Assembly (NCBI GenBank): GCA_030540225.1
Contig: JAUNWQ010000002.1
Span: 1-57,894, forward strand
From: Coriobacteriia bacterium
GTDB taxonomy: Bacteria > Actinomycetota > Coriobacteriia > Coriobacteriales > Eggerthellaceae
DNA length: 57,894 bases
Reading direction: 5' to 3'
Every line of letters begins with the position of its first letter. Position 1 is the first letter of the stretch. The position numbers and the translations under genes were made by a program. Shown piece after piece: positions 1-8,887 of the stretch. Under the pieces are notes generated by a model. That model did no database searches. It was not told the DNA's origin and saw nothing but the letters and a program-made list of their open reading frames with translations.

Positions 1-54
1 GCGCCTGGCACAAAAAATTGGTGAAAATGGCGAAAAATACGTTGACGCTAACAC

Positions 55-340
55 GGCGGGCGCGTCGCGCTCGATGTCGCGCAAGGGGACGTGCCCGGAC
101 AACGCGAGGGCGGAGGGCTTCTTCGGCACGCTCAAGCAGGAGTTCCTCTACGGCCGGAAGTGGGCGGGCGTCGGGCGCGAGGAGTTCGAGGGGCTGCTGT
201 CGGGGTACATGGGGTGGTACGTCGGGCGGCGGCCCAGGAGGTTCCGCGAGGGGGGCCGCGCGCGCTACGAGACCCTGGCCGAGCACAGGAGGAGGCTCGG
301 GTACCCGGTCCCGCCGTTCGCCGCGCAGCAGGCGCAGTAG
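55..340 (+). pseudogene. IS3-family transposase, C-terminal integrase-core fragment
   Basis: SMSRKGTCPDNARAEGFFGTLKQE matches the IS3/IS150 'SxxGxxxDNAxxExFFxxLKxE' motif containing the last DDE acidic residue. The N-terminal part is missing, and bases 1-54 are AT-richer and not transposase-like. Confidence 0.85.
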
Positions 341-353
341 AATGGGCTCGGGC

Positions 354-380
354 AGGTACAAGATTCCTGCCGCAGTCCCC
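354..380 (+). mobile_element. Candidate right terminal inverted repeat of the IS3 remnant
   Basis: Lies just after the transposase stop codon, where the right IR is expected. The partner IR is not in the window, so this is unconfirmed. Confidence 0.35.
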
Positions 381-637
381 AACTCGTCCAGTTGACCACG
401 AACCTGCCTTTCTGCTCCCGAAAGACCCCCAGAAGGGGTAGCGTCCCGATTTGCAGTGCATCGAGGGCCATCGTCGAAATCGCTGGCCGCGCTTGAGAAG
501 CCCCGAAAGATCTATGGAGGGTCGCGCCCGACCGCGTTTCAACCCGTGGCGCGCTAGGCCTGCGCGACAAATTCGGCGCTCCGGGATGTTGGGAGACGCG
601 GCGAGAATCCTGCCCGATGGTAAGCGGGGCGAGCTCG

Positions 638-1207
638 CTAGTCGTTAGCGGCAGCGGCCTCTTTCGCCTTCGCAGCCTTCTCGGCCGCCTCCTCGGCGCG
701 CACCTTGGCGATCTCGTCGAGCGCTTCCTGCGGGGTGTACTTGCAGTGGCCGTCGCCCATCTTGGTGACGACGATGGCATCGCCCACAGATACCGTGCCG
801 CCGGTAACGACCTCGAAGAAGATGCCCTCGCGCGGGAAGATGCAGTCGCCCGCCAGGTAATAGATAGCGCACTTCTTGTGGCACACCTTGCCAATCTGGG
901 AAAGCTCGAGCACAACCTCATCGCCGATCTTCACCTGGGTGCCGAGCGGCAGCGCGAGCAGGTCCATCCCCTCGGTGGTGATGTTCTCGGCGAAGTCGCC
1001 CTCCTTCACATCGAGGCCCATCGCGCGCGCCTTCTCGATGGATTCCCAGGCGAGCAGCGACACCTGGCGATGCCAGTCACCGGCATGGGCGTCGCCCGTC
1101 ACACCATGGTGCGGGTCGATATGGATTTGCCCACTCTCAACTGGCTTTTTACGCGTGCCCTTGCGCTCGGAGACGTTGACGGAGCGAACGTGGCCGGTGT
1201 TTTCCAT
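638..1207 (-). CDS. MOSC domain protein (molybdenum cofactor sulfurase C-terminal family)
   Basis: Motifs SERKGTRK, GDAHAGDWHRQVSLL, GDFAENITTEG, QIGKVCH..CAIY...GDCIFPREGIF. RBS GGGGAG upstream. Ala/Glu/Lys-rich tail. Confidence 0.9.
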   Translation of the reverse strand: MENTGHVRSVNVSERKGTRKKPVESGQIHIDPHHGVTGDAHAGDWHRQVSLLAWESIEKARAMGLDVKEGDFAENITTEGMDLLALPLGTQVKIGDEVVLELSQIGKVCHKKCAIYYLAGDCIFPREGIFFEVVTGGTVSVGDAIVVTKMGDGHCKYTPQEALDEIAKVRAEEAAEKAAKAKEAAAAND

Positions 1208-1229
1208 GATGGTTTCTCCCCTCAGTGCG

Positions 1230-1282
1230 AAAAAGGCCGCCAGTCCGTGCGAGCGAGCTCGCGGCGAGGACTTGCGGCCTTT
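1230..1282 (-). terminator. Intrinsic terminator-like hairpin in the leader of the MOSC gene
   Basis: GGCCGC-n-AGTCC ... GGACT-n-GCGGCC stem followed by T5 on the minus strand. Confidence 0.6.
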
Positions 1283-1467
1283 ACGTAACTTCTAGTAACT
1301 GAGTAGGAATAATAGAACGAACGCAGGATAAACGCAAGTCAGGATAACCCGATCATCGCAAAATCACAGCATCACGTTCCGTTTCGGCTCGATCCACCAC
1401 GTTTCGTTGCATCGTCATTTGCTTCGGCGCGTTCGGGGAAGCAGCACGAAGCCCGCTTCTGACTGCG

Positions 1468-1659
1468 TTACAGCACGTGCTGCAGCAGCACCGACTTCAC
1501 AAAGCGCTGCATGAAAGCAGCCGCCTGAGCGCGGGTGGCAAAGCCCCGCGGATCGACGAGCCTTCCGTCCACGCCCTGCAGGATACCCTCGTCAACAGCC
1601 CACTGAACAGCCTCTTCTGCCCATTCGCTCACGTCTTCCGCATCCGAGAAGGCGGGCAC
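1468..1659 (-). CDS. Solitary S-layer homology (SLH) domain, micro-ORF or gene remnant
   Basis: FSDAEDVSEWAEEAVQWAVDEGILQG...DPRGFATRAQAA is a canonical SLH repeat (FxD, W, GIxxG, TRAQ). No signal peptide. Confidence 0.75.
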   Translation of the reverse strand: MPAFSDAEDVSEWAEEAVQWAVDEGILQGVDGRLVDPRGFATRAQAAAFMQRFVKSVLLQHVL

Positions 1660-1689
1660 GCCTGGACGCTCGCTGGAAGGGACACCCCC

Positions 1690-2412
1690 TTAGCGCAGCT
1701 TCGCGCGGCGCTGCTTCCAGTCGGGCATAAACGCGTCCATGAGCTGGTGAAACCTGGGACCGTGACCCCGTTCGAGCAGATGGCACAGCTCGTGGACCAC
1801 CACGTATTCCAGGCATTCGGGCGGATAGAGCGCGAGGCGCACGTTGATGCAGATGCGGCCCGTCGAAGGTTGGCAGCTCCCCCATCGGCTCGTCATGTTG
1901 CGGTAGGCGACCTTCCCCGCGCGCACTCCCATGATGGGCTCCCACGCCGCGATGAGCGCCGGCACGCAGGCGGAAACGACCTCGCGCCACCGGGCGATCT
2001 CCTCGGGCGTCGCCTGCGACGCGCGGGCCATGGGGGTATCCGCCGCCTGGGCAAGATGCGACTCGATCCACGCCGTTTTGCGTTGGACAAAGCCGCGCAC
2101 CTCGTCCTCGGTCACCCACGGCGGAGCCGACACGTCCACATGCGATCCATCGCGGGAAATGCGCAGGTTGAGATTTTTCACGCGCTTGCGGGAAAGCCTC
2201 ACCTCGATGCCGTCGACAAAGAACGTGCTCGCGGCAGCGGCGGGCCGACCGCTCGAGGCGAAGCGGGTTCGCCCAGCAGTGCCGGTGCGCCCGCCACCTT
2301 TGGAGCCAGAGTCCGCACGCTTTGGGGCGCGCTTGCCGGCGGAGCGAGCGCCCTCAGGTCCAGGTGCGATACGGCGCGTGCGCACAGGGCCCGATTGGTT
2401 GGAATACGGCAC
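1690..2412 (-). CDS. M48/YgjP (DUF45) family zinc metallohydrolase
   Basis: RKRVKNLNLRI, MTSRWGSC, EYVVVHELCHL (HExxH), HGPRF. Start set at GTG 2412, just after the rsmI stop. Confidence 0.85.
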   Translation of the reverse strand: MPYSNQSGPVRTRRIAPGPEGARSAGKRAPKRADSGSKGGGRTGTAGRTRFASSGRPAAAASTFFVDGIEVRLSRKRVKNLNLRISRDGSHVDVSAPPWVTEDEVRGFVQRKTAWIESHLAQAADTPMARASQATPEEIARWREVVSACVPALIAAWEPIMGVRAGKVAYRNMTSRWGSCQPSTGRICINVRLALYPPECLEYVVVHELCHLLERGHGPRFHQLMDAFMPDWKQRRAKLR

Positions 2413-2422
2413 GGCGCAACCT

Positions 2423-3280
2423 TTAGGCGTCGAGCGCGATCTCGTAGGCGGTATTTCGGGGAAGCCCGAACTCGGCGGCGATCGCCTTGGCGATTTCCTT
2501 GTTGCGCGCACCTTCGGCCTTGAGCTCGGCAGCGCGAGCGCGGGCGGCCTCGGAGGCATCAAGCTGAGCCGCATCCTCCTCAGCGGCGCTCGGCTCATCG
2601 ATCACGATGGCAATCTCGCCTTTGATGGAGCCCTCTTCCGCGCGTCGGGCGAACTCGTCGCGCAGGCTCGGCAGAGTATCGCGCACCACTTCCTCGTGCA
2701 ACTTGGTGAGTTCGCGACACACCGCCGCCTCGCGCAGGGGGAACACCTGCGCCATCGACTCAAGCGCCGATGACACGCGATTGGGGCTTTCGTAGAAGAT
2801 GAGCGCCGCATCGAGAGAGCGCAGCGCGTCGAGCGTCGCCTTGCGCTCAGCATCCTTGCGCGGGAAGAATCCGCCGAAGTAGAAGCGAGGACACGTGCAG
2901 CCGCTTGCTACGTAGGCCGTGGCGCAGGCGGATGCTCCGGGAAGCACCTCGACGGGTGCGCCAGCCTCGCGAGCTGCGCGAACGAGCCGAAGCCCCGGGT
3001 CAGACACGCCCGGCATGCCAGCGTCGCTGCAGTACGCAATCACCTCGCCGGCAAGCACACGCTCGGCAACCTGCGCCGCGCGGTCGCCGATAAGCGCCTC
3101 GTCCAAGCGTTCGAGCCGCTTCTCGATACCGAAGGCGGCGAGCAGCTTTCCCGTGACGCGCGTGTCTTCCGCACACACGACGTCCGCTTCCCCAAGCGCC
3201 GAAATCGTGCGCTCGGTCATGTCGCCTAAGTTGCCGATGGGCGTCGGGCAGATGATGAGTTTTCCAAGTATGTTAGCCAT
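2423..3280 (-). CDS. rsmI: 16S rRNA (cytidine1402-2'-O)-methyltransferase
   Basis: PTPIGNLGDMT, CAEDTRVT, SDAGMPGVSDPG, FYESPNR, RELTKLHEE, KGEI. Start at ATG 3280. Confidence 0.95.
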   Translation of the reverse strand: MANILGKLIICPTPIGNLGDMTERTISALGEADVVCAEDTRVTGKLLAAFGIEKRLERLDEALIGDRAAQVAERVLAGEVIAYCSDAGMPGVSDPGLRLVRAAREAGAPVEVLPGASACATAYVASGCTCPRFYFGGFFPRKDAERKATLDALRSLDAALIFYESPNRVSSALESMAQVFPLREAAVCRELTKLHEEVVRDTLPSLRDEFARRAEEGSIKGEIAIVIDEPSAAEEDAAQLDASEAARARAAELKAEGARNKEIAKAIAAEFGLPRNTAYEIALDA

Positions 3281-3287
3281 GCGCGCT

Positions 3288-3293
3288 AGTATA
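3288..3293 (-). promoter_or_regulatory. -10 box TATACT 7 nt before the rsmI ATG (probable leaderless mRNA)
   Basis: Minus strand reads TATACT-agcgcgc-ATG with no SD sequence. Confidence 0.6.
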
Positions 3294-3340
3294 GCGCGAG
3301 CGGAACCGCGGCGCGCAAGAGGAAGCGCGCCCATCACGAG

Positions 3341-3382
3341 AAAAGGGCGCCCGCCGCGACCGAAATCGCTGCGAGCGCCCTT
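3341..3382 (-). terminator. Intrinsic terminator of the Tm-1-like operon
   Basis: AAGGGCGC...GCGCCCTTTT hairpin downstream of the stop at 3419. Confidence 0.65.
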
Positions 3383-3418
3383 CGTTGGAACCTTGGCGGA
3401 ACTTGGAACCGAGAGGCG

Positions 3419-4249
3419 TTACTTCTTGATGGCCTTGAACGCCTCGGTCTGGGCCTTGATGCCGCGCTCGGCAGCCAGGCGCTCGATCGAGGTTGCGCCG
3501 AAGAAGCCGTCGATGCCGGGCACGTGTTCGATGACGTACGCCGCGTCCTTCGGCTCGGAAATCGGGCCGCCGTGGCAGATGACGAGCGCGTCGGGGTTGA
3601 TGTCCTTCACGACCTTCACGATGCCGGTGATGATCTCCACGCAGTCGTCGAGCGTGCGCGCGGTCTCGGCGCCGATGGTGCCGCCGGTGGTGAGGCCCAT
3701 GTGCGCGACGATGATGTCGGCGCCGGCCTTGGTCATCGAGGCCGCCTGCTCCTCGTCGAAGACGTACGGGCAGGTGAGCATGTCGAGCTTGTGCGCCTCG
3801 GCGATCATGTCGACCTCAAGGCCGTAGCCCATGCCGGTCTCCTCGAGGTTCTTGCGGAACACGCCGTCGATAAGGCCCACGGTCGGGAAGTTCTGCACGC
3901 CGTTGAAGCCCTGGTCCTTCAGCTCGGCCAGGTACTTCTTCATGACGCGGAACGGGTCGGTGCCGCAGACGCCGGCGAGAACCGGGGTGTCCTTCACGAC
4001 GGGCAGCACCTCGGCGCCCATCTCGACGACGATCTGGTTCGCGTCGCCGTAGGAAAGCAGGCCCGCGAGCGAGCCGCGGCCGGCCATGCGGAAGCGGCCC
4101 GAGTTGTAGATGACGAAGATGTCGGCTCCGCCGGCCTCAGCCGACTTCGCCGTGATGCCCGTGCCGGCGCCGACGCCGAGCAGGATATTGCCCTCGGCGA
4201 GGGACTTACGGAAACGATCGAGGATTTCCGCGCGGGACAGTTCAAGCAT
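3419..4249 (-). CDS. TIM-barrel phosphoenolpyruvate-hydrolase-like protein (Tm-1 C-terminal-like)
   Basis: [68 protein letters not shown] before ATG 4249. Confidence 0.9.
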   Translation of the reverse strand: MLELSRAEILDRFRKSLAEGNILLGVGAGTGITAKSAEAGGADIFVIYNSGRFRMAGRGSLAGLLSYGDANQIVVEMGAEVLPVVKDTPVLAGVCGTDPFRVMKKYLAELKDQGFNGVQNFPTVGLIDGVFRKNLEETGMGYGLEVDMIAEAHKLDMLTCPYVFDEEQAASMTKAGADIIVAHMGLTTGGTIGAETARTLDDCVEIITGIVKVVKDINPDALVICHGGPISEPKDAAYVIEHVPGIDGFFGATSIERLAAERGIKAQTEAFKAIKK

Positions 4250-4461
4250 GGTGTTCTCCTTCTTTTCGGGTACTACCTTTTTCTTGCCGAACATATGCGT
4301 TCACGGCGCGCCCGCGAGTTAGAACGGACGACGCCGATGAAGCCTGGGGGAAGGCGCCGCCCGCCCCGCAGCAAGCCCGATGAGGATGGGGCGGCTGCGT
4401 TCAACCGCGGCGTAGCGCCAAAGAGAAGACGGAAGCGCGTCGCCCCGCCTTCCCGGTCGTG

Positions 4462-5670
4462 CTATTTCTCCATGAGGTCGATAAGTTTCTGAGCTGCGGC
4501 GATCGCGAACTCGTCGTCGTTTACGTGCGCATCCATCTCGACGACCTCGGCCTTCGCGGGGTCGATCTCGTCCTTGAGCGTCTTGAAGAGCGCCGCGTCC
4601 TCTTCGGGGCCGTAGAACGGCTGGCCCTCGGCGTCGATCATCGACACACCCTTGAGCGGCAGCATGACCGCGCACGGGCCGATCGACATGTTCACCTTGG
4701 AGGCGATGGCGTGGCCGATCTTCTCGTTTTCCTCCACCGTGGTGCGCATGAGCGTGACCGTGGGGTTGTGCTTGTACAGGTTTCGGGACTGGTACTGCTC
4801 GGGGACGGTTTCCCACGGCCCGAAGTTCACCATGTCGTCGGCGCCGACCGACACGACGGCCGGCACGCCGTTCAAGGCAGCCGCGCTGCAGCGGTCGGGG
4901 CCTGCGGTGAGCACGCCGCCTGCAACCTCATCGCACCACTCGGTGGTGGTCAGGTCGAGCACGCCCTTGATGAACCCGCCGTTGACCAGCGCCTCCATGC
5001 ATTTTCCGCCCGTGCCCGTCGCGTGGAAGACGAGCACCTCGAAACCCTTCGACTCCAGGTAGGCCTGCGCCTTCTGCACGGCGGGGGTGGTCACGCCGAA
5101 CATGGTCGCGGCGACGAGCGGCTTGTTGTCCTCGTGCTTGGGGGCGGCATGCTCGAGCATGCCCGTCATAGCGGCGACGGCGTTGTTGAAGATGGTCGCC
5201 GAGAAGGAGTTGATGCCCGCCACGTCGACGATCGAGGGGAACATGGCGATGTCCGACGCGCCGATGTAGGGGGACGTGTCGCCGGACGCCATGGTGGACA
5301 CCATGACCTTGGGCACGCCGATGGGAAGCTTGCGCATGCCGGCGGTCGCGATGGTGGTGCCGCCCGAGCCGCCCATGGAGAACACGCCGTCGAAGCGGCC
5401 GTTCGCGTAGAGCGTGGGCAGAAGCTTCTCGACGCCGCGCGTCATGGTCTCGGTGGCGAAAGCGCGGTCCTTCTTCTCCACGATGGTCGACATCTCGATA
5501 TCGACCGCCGCCGCGACCTCCGTGTTGGGAACGTCGGGCATGGTTTGCGGGTCGAAGACGCCGCAGTGGATGGTGAGGGTGTTGATGCCCAGCTCCTCGA
5601 AGCGGGCTTTCACATAGGCGAATTCCTCGCCTTTCGTGTCGAACGTGCCGATGATAGCAACTGTTTTCAC
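4462..5670 (-). CDS. UPF0261 / Tm-1-like ATP-binding domain protein
   Basis: GTFDTKGEE, GGSGGT, LPIGVPKVMVST, TMFGVTTP, VFHATGTGG, DMVNFG, HNPTVTLMRTT. AGGAGG RBS before the GTG start. Confidence 0.92.
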   Translation of the reverse strand: MKTVAIIGTFDTKGEEFAYVKARFEELGINTLTIHCGVFDPQTMPDVPNTEVAAAVDIEMSTIVEKKDRAFATETMTRGVEKLLPTLYANGRFDGVFSMGGSGGTTIATAGMRKLPIGVPKVMVSTMASGDTSPYIGASDIAMFPSIVDVAGINSFSATIFNNAVAAMTGMLEHAAPKHEDNKPLVAATMFGVTTPAVQKAQAYLESKGFEVLVFHATGTGGKCMEALVNGGFIKGVLDLTTTEWCDEVAGGVLTAGPDRCSAAALNGVPAVVSVGADDMVNFGPWETVPEQYQSRNLYKHNPTVTLMRTTVEENEKIGHAIASKVNMSIGPCAVMLPLKGVSMIDAEGQPFYGPEEDAALFKTLKDEIDPAKAEVVEMDAHVNDDEFAIAAAQKLIDLMEK

Positions 5671-5797
5671 ACAGGCCTCCTGACGTAGGGTTTCGACTCG
5701 CTGCCCAGTTTAGTTCGCCCGCTATAGCTCGAAAGCCACATTTTCAACTCGCCACAGCATCACGACAATTCCGCGAAAGGTATTTGTTACACGGCGG

Positions 5798-5823
5798 ATA
5801 GCATAAATGGCTTGTGCTATGCT
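5798..5823 (+). promoter_or_regulatory. Extended -10 promoter (TGcTATGCT) overlapped by an imperfect palindrome
   Basis: ATAGCATAA-n5-TTGTGCTAT at 5798-5820; TG at 5815-16; TATGCT at 5818-23. Confidence 0.55.
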
Positions 5824-5873
5824 GACGGGAACCCGACAACCGAAACCCATCCCAAGATTCGCAAGGAGCCACG

Positions 5874-6035
5874 ATGAGCAGCGCACTCCCCCTCGCATGG
5901 GCGCATGACCTGGGCCTTGTTGAGGGTTACAACGACCCCGACAGGGGTAAGCTCCTCTGCCCGGGCGAGAATGTCGAGCGTCAGCGCGCGGCCACCGTCC
6001 TCGCGCGCGCCTTCACCATGGGAATCCTGAAGTAG
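5874..6035 (+). CDS. 53-aa SLH-like micro-ORF (not in the ORF track)
   Basis: Hand translation: MSSALPLAWAHDLGLVEGYNDPDRGKLLCPGENVERQRAATVLARAFTMGILK*. AAGGAG RBS at 5863-68. WAxxxGLVxGY...P...vxR..aA is SLH-like. Confidence 0.55.
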   Translation: MSSALPLAWAHDLGLVEGYNDPDRGKLLCPGENVERQRAATVLARAFTMGILK

Positions 6036-6085
6036 CGCGGTGCCGTATAATGCACGTAAACGATTTTGCCTGAGGGAGGTGCGAC

Positions 6086-7171
6086 ATGCTCTATCAGCTG
6101 ATGAACAAGGACACCGTCGTCGCGACGTACAAAGAAGAGAAAAGGATCGACGACTTCCGCTATACAGAGGTCGAACGCATTGACCCTTATCTCCCCTACG
6201 GGTTCATCGACATCAACGACTGGATCGACGGGCGAGCCATCGCCAAGCACCGAACGTCGATCGAGAAGCTCATGCGAGAGCTCGGCCTTACCACCCGCCA
6301 TGACTTCATCGGCATGATACGCTGCCTGTCGCTGACCGACACCTTCTGGATGAAGCGCGAAGATGAAACTTTGACCTGGGATGACGTATCGCTCTATCGC
6401 AATCCCTTCGATGACGTCATCGCGCGCATCGCCTTCGACGGCACCGGCATGTACGGGCGACAGAACTCCCCCACCTCCCCGGAGTTCGCGACGTCGGGTT
6501 CGTTTGCAAAATGTTGGATTCGCGAAAACGGACAGATCTCACTTTTGAAGCGCGGTTCCACCGGTTATGCGAACGCGGGGTTCGAACCGTATTCCGAGAA
6601 GCTCGCATCCGACCTGCTCGACGCTGCAAAAATCGACCACGTTCCCTATTCGCTGCTTCGATTCCACAAAAAGCTCGCCTGCAAATGCCCCCTGTTCACA
6701 TCGGAACGCGAGGGATTCGTCTCCGCTCACCGCTTTTTCGAGGGTCCTTTCGATGTCGATGACATGCTCGCCTTCGCCGCCGAACACGGCACTGAAGAGG
6801 CCTTCCGTGAAATGGTCGTGATGGATGCGGTCATGGCAAACGTCGATCGGCACGCGGGGAATTACGGCTTTTTGGTCAACAACGCAACGGGTGAGATTCT
6901 TCGCATGGCGCCGCTGTTCGACCATAACATGGCATGCCTGCCCATGATGATGGAGATGGACGACTTCGACGAGTACATCCGCCTCATCGGGCCGAAGATC
7001 GGCACCGACTTCATCGCCATCGGACGCGCCCTCATGACGCCCGGCATCCGCGCGAAGCTTGTCGACTTGAAGGACTTCGAATACGAAGACCCAGGCTTTG
7101 ATTACCCCAAGTGGAAGCTCGATGCCGTGAACAAGCTGAAGAACGTCCAGATCGAGGCGCTGCTGGCATAA
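6086..7171 (+). CDS. Stand-alone HipA-family Ser/Thr kinase-like protein
   Basis: Gly loop TSGSFAKCW, LKRG, EPYSEKLAS, catalytic NVDRHAGNYG, APLFDHN. TATAAT at 6046-51 and GGAGGT RBS. Confidence 0.8.
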   Translation: MLYQLMNKDTVVATYKEEKRIDDFRYTEVERIDPYLPYGFIDINDWIDGRAIAKHRTSIEKLMRELGLTTRHDFIGMIRCLSLTDTFWMKREDETLTWDDVSLYRNPFDDVIARIAFDGTGMYGRQNSPTSPEFATSGSFAKCWIRENGQISLLKRGSTGYANAGFEPYSEKLASDLLDAAKIDHVPYSLLRFHKKLACKCPLFTSEREGFVSAHRFFEGPFDVDDMLAFAAEHGTEEAFREMVVMDAVMANVDRHAGNYGFLVNNATGEILRMAPLFDHNMACLPMMMEMDDFDEYIRLIGPKIGTDFIAIGRALMTPGIRAKLVDLKDFEYEDPGFDYPKWKLDAVNKLKNVQIEALLA

Positions 7172-7218
7172 GGAGCCAAGGCTCCCCCGTCGGGGCCGAA
7201 GGCTCCCCGAAAGCAGAG

Positions 7219-7250
7219 AAGGCGCCCCGCATTATGCGGGACGCCTTTCC
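7219..7250. repeat. 32-bp hairpin direct repeat, copy 1 (left flank of the hipBA cassette)
   Basis: AAGGCGCCCCGCATTATGCGGGACGCCTTTCC; 30/32 identical to 8888-8919. Confidence 0.9.
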
Positions 7251-7264
7251 CATTTTCATTGCAG

Positions 7265-8518
7265 CTACCTGGCAAATCGCGATTCGAGAGCCGCGCAGCG
7301 CTCCTCTATCACGCGCCCCATCAGATCGCATTCAGAATCCCTGCATCCGTTTCGCTTGGCAAAGGCGCGCCAGTGGCGAACCGACGCAAGCGTTTCCCCC
7401 ACAATCCGTGCCTTTGCCTCAGCTGAAAGTCCGCAGATTTCGCCAAACGAATCCAAGCCCTCGACCTCGCTTTTTCCCGCTTCCCCAAAGATGGAAGTGG
7501 CACGAACCCGCGCGGCAGCGGGATTGATGTTGACATCGAAAACAGGAGCCAACACCCATCCGCCCTTCTTGCGAATGAGGCCCAGGTTTCGAAGATGGTC
7601 ATCGGTGTTATGCAACGCCACGGAAAGCACGACTCTTCGGAAGAGTTCCGCCAGCTCGCAGATTGGGTTTGGCGTCCAAACCGACAAGGTATCGGCAACG
7701 GTCGCATAGTCGCAATGCTCACCATCGTGAGCACCGATCAGACTCATCGCACTCAAATAGGGAATCCTCTCACCCTTCTCAAGGGAACCCGATCGATCGA
7801 AGCGTTCGAGGAGCAACGCCGAGTCGCCTCCAATTCTCACAAGCTTCGAGGATGGAACTGCCATACCCGCGGCGCCCGCAATATCAAGCGCCGTTTTTTC
7901 CCACGCCATCACGTCCCATTCATCCCCTGGATGGGAGAATTTTGCAAGGAGAAGTTTCCCCTCGTCGACAACGGAAGCTTTTGGACGAGCACCGCCCAAA
8001 GAACCCGATCCAGCATCGAGAAGTTCTTTTATCTGGCCGTTCCTTTCGTTGCCCCGAGCTATTTCGTTTGATGCGAAAAGGAGCCGTTTGAGCTCTATAA
8101 TCGGAGGGACCTCGTTACTCGCAGACAACCAGTCGTCGGAATCGGGAACGGAATAGCGAAGGGACCCTTGACGAGTGGAATCAAAAACACCAAGCAAATA
8201 GTCAACTTCATCAATAGCACGAAGCGTCGCGCCCGCAGTCTGAGCCTTGGCAATCGCCCTTCTGTCAATCAGATGCCTTCCCCAGCGATCGGGAGAAGAG
8301 TCACGCATCGCACCAGGCATTCCCTCGCAATGATAAGAGGCAGCTCGCAGCGGCAAAGCGGGATCGATCGCATAAGCATCTGCTCTCTTGAGGTAGGCGT
8401 CGCTGTAGGCAAACGAACAGCTTATCCGCCCACGACGCAAACCGAACCGACACGTTCCGACGAGTACTTCGGCAGCTTCCCCGGCAAAACTCGTAAAGAC
8501 ATCGACAATAGGAACCAT
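7265..8518 (-). CDS. hipA: Type II toxin-antitoxin HipA family toxin
   Basis: N-terminal Couple_hipA-like region (FAYSDAY..IDPALPL..DSSPDRWG), GSLGGARPKA, LAKF, RFDR, NTDDHLRNLG, LAPVFDVN. Confidence 0.9.
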   Translation of the reverse strand: MVPIVDVFTSFAGEAAEVLVGTCRFGLRRGRISCSFAYSDAYLKRADAYAIDPALPLRAASYHCEGMPGAMRDSSPDRWGRHLIDRRAIAKAQTAGATLRAIDEVDYLLGVFDSTRQGSLRYSVPDSDDWLSASNEVPPIIELKRLLFASNEIARGNERNGQIKELLDAGSGSLGGARPKASVVDEGKLLLAKFSHPGDEWDVMAWEKTALDIAGAAGMAVPSSKLVRIGGDSALLLERFDRSGSLEKGERIPYLSAMSLIGAHDGEHCDYATVADTLSVWTPNPICELAELFRRVVLSVALHNTDDHLRNLGLIRKKGGWVLAPVFDVNINPAAARVRATSIFGEAGKSEVEGLDSFGEICGLSAEAKARIVGETLASVRHWRAFAKRNGCRDSECDLMGRVIEERCAALESRFAR

Positions 8519-8820
8519 CAGGAACTCCTTACCCGTTGGGGAAGCACCTGATCAGCCCGAATGCGACCATAGTCGGTCTCGTAAGGGTCCGTGGCCTCCA
8601 CCACGGCATCGAGAGAAGACAACGCGCGGCACACGTTGAGAAACGTTTCGAAGCTCACTTTCGGGTCCCCGTTTTCGAGGCGGGAAATGGTGGCGCGCGA
8701 CACCGCCGCTTTGTCCGCAAGCTGCTGAGACGTCAGATTATACAATTTGCGCCATGTTGCGAGGTTTTCCCCGATTTGCTTTGCAGCAAGTTTCACCGTT
8801 GGCGACGAAAGGCGCTTCAT
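8518..8820 (-). CDS. XRE-family HTH antitoxin (HipB-like)
   Basis: IGENLATWRKLYNLTSQQLADKAAVSRATISRLENG. Stop overlaps the hipA start (TGATG coupling). Confidence 0.85.
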   Translation of the reverse strand: MKRLSSPTVKLAAKQIGENLATWRKLYNLTSQQLADKAAVSRATISRLENGDPKVSFETFLNVCRALSSLDAVVEATDPYETDYGRIRADQVLPQRVRSS

Positions 8821-8859
8821 AGTAGTCCTTATTGTCTATAGTACGTTACGTTATCTATG

Positions 8860-8885
8860 TTAGTGTAACATATTTTTAGCACTAA
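8860..8885. promoter_or_regulatory. Candidate HipB-like operator in an AT-rich promoter
   Basis: TTAGTG-n14-CACTAA inverted repeat upstream of the antitoxin gene. Confidence 0.4.
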
Positions 8886-8887
8886 TA

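Noticed and set aside
417-535. Two CCCGAAAGA-initiated similar segments after the IS remnant
   Set aside because: Short and weak similarity with no interpretable structure.
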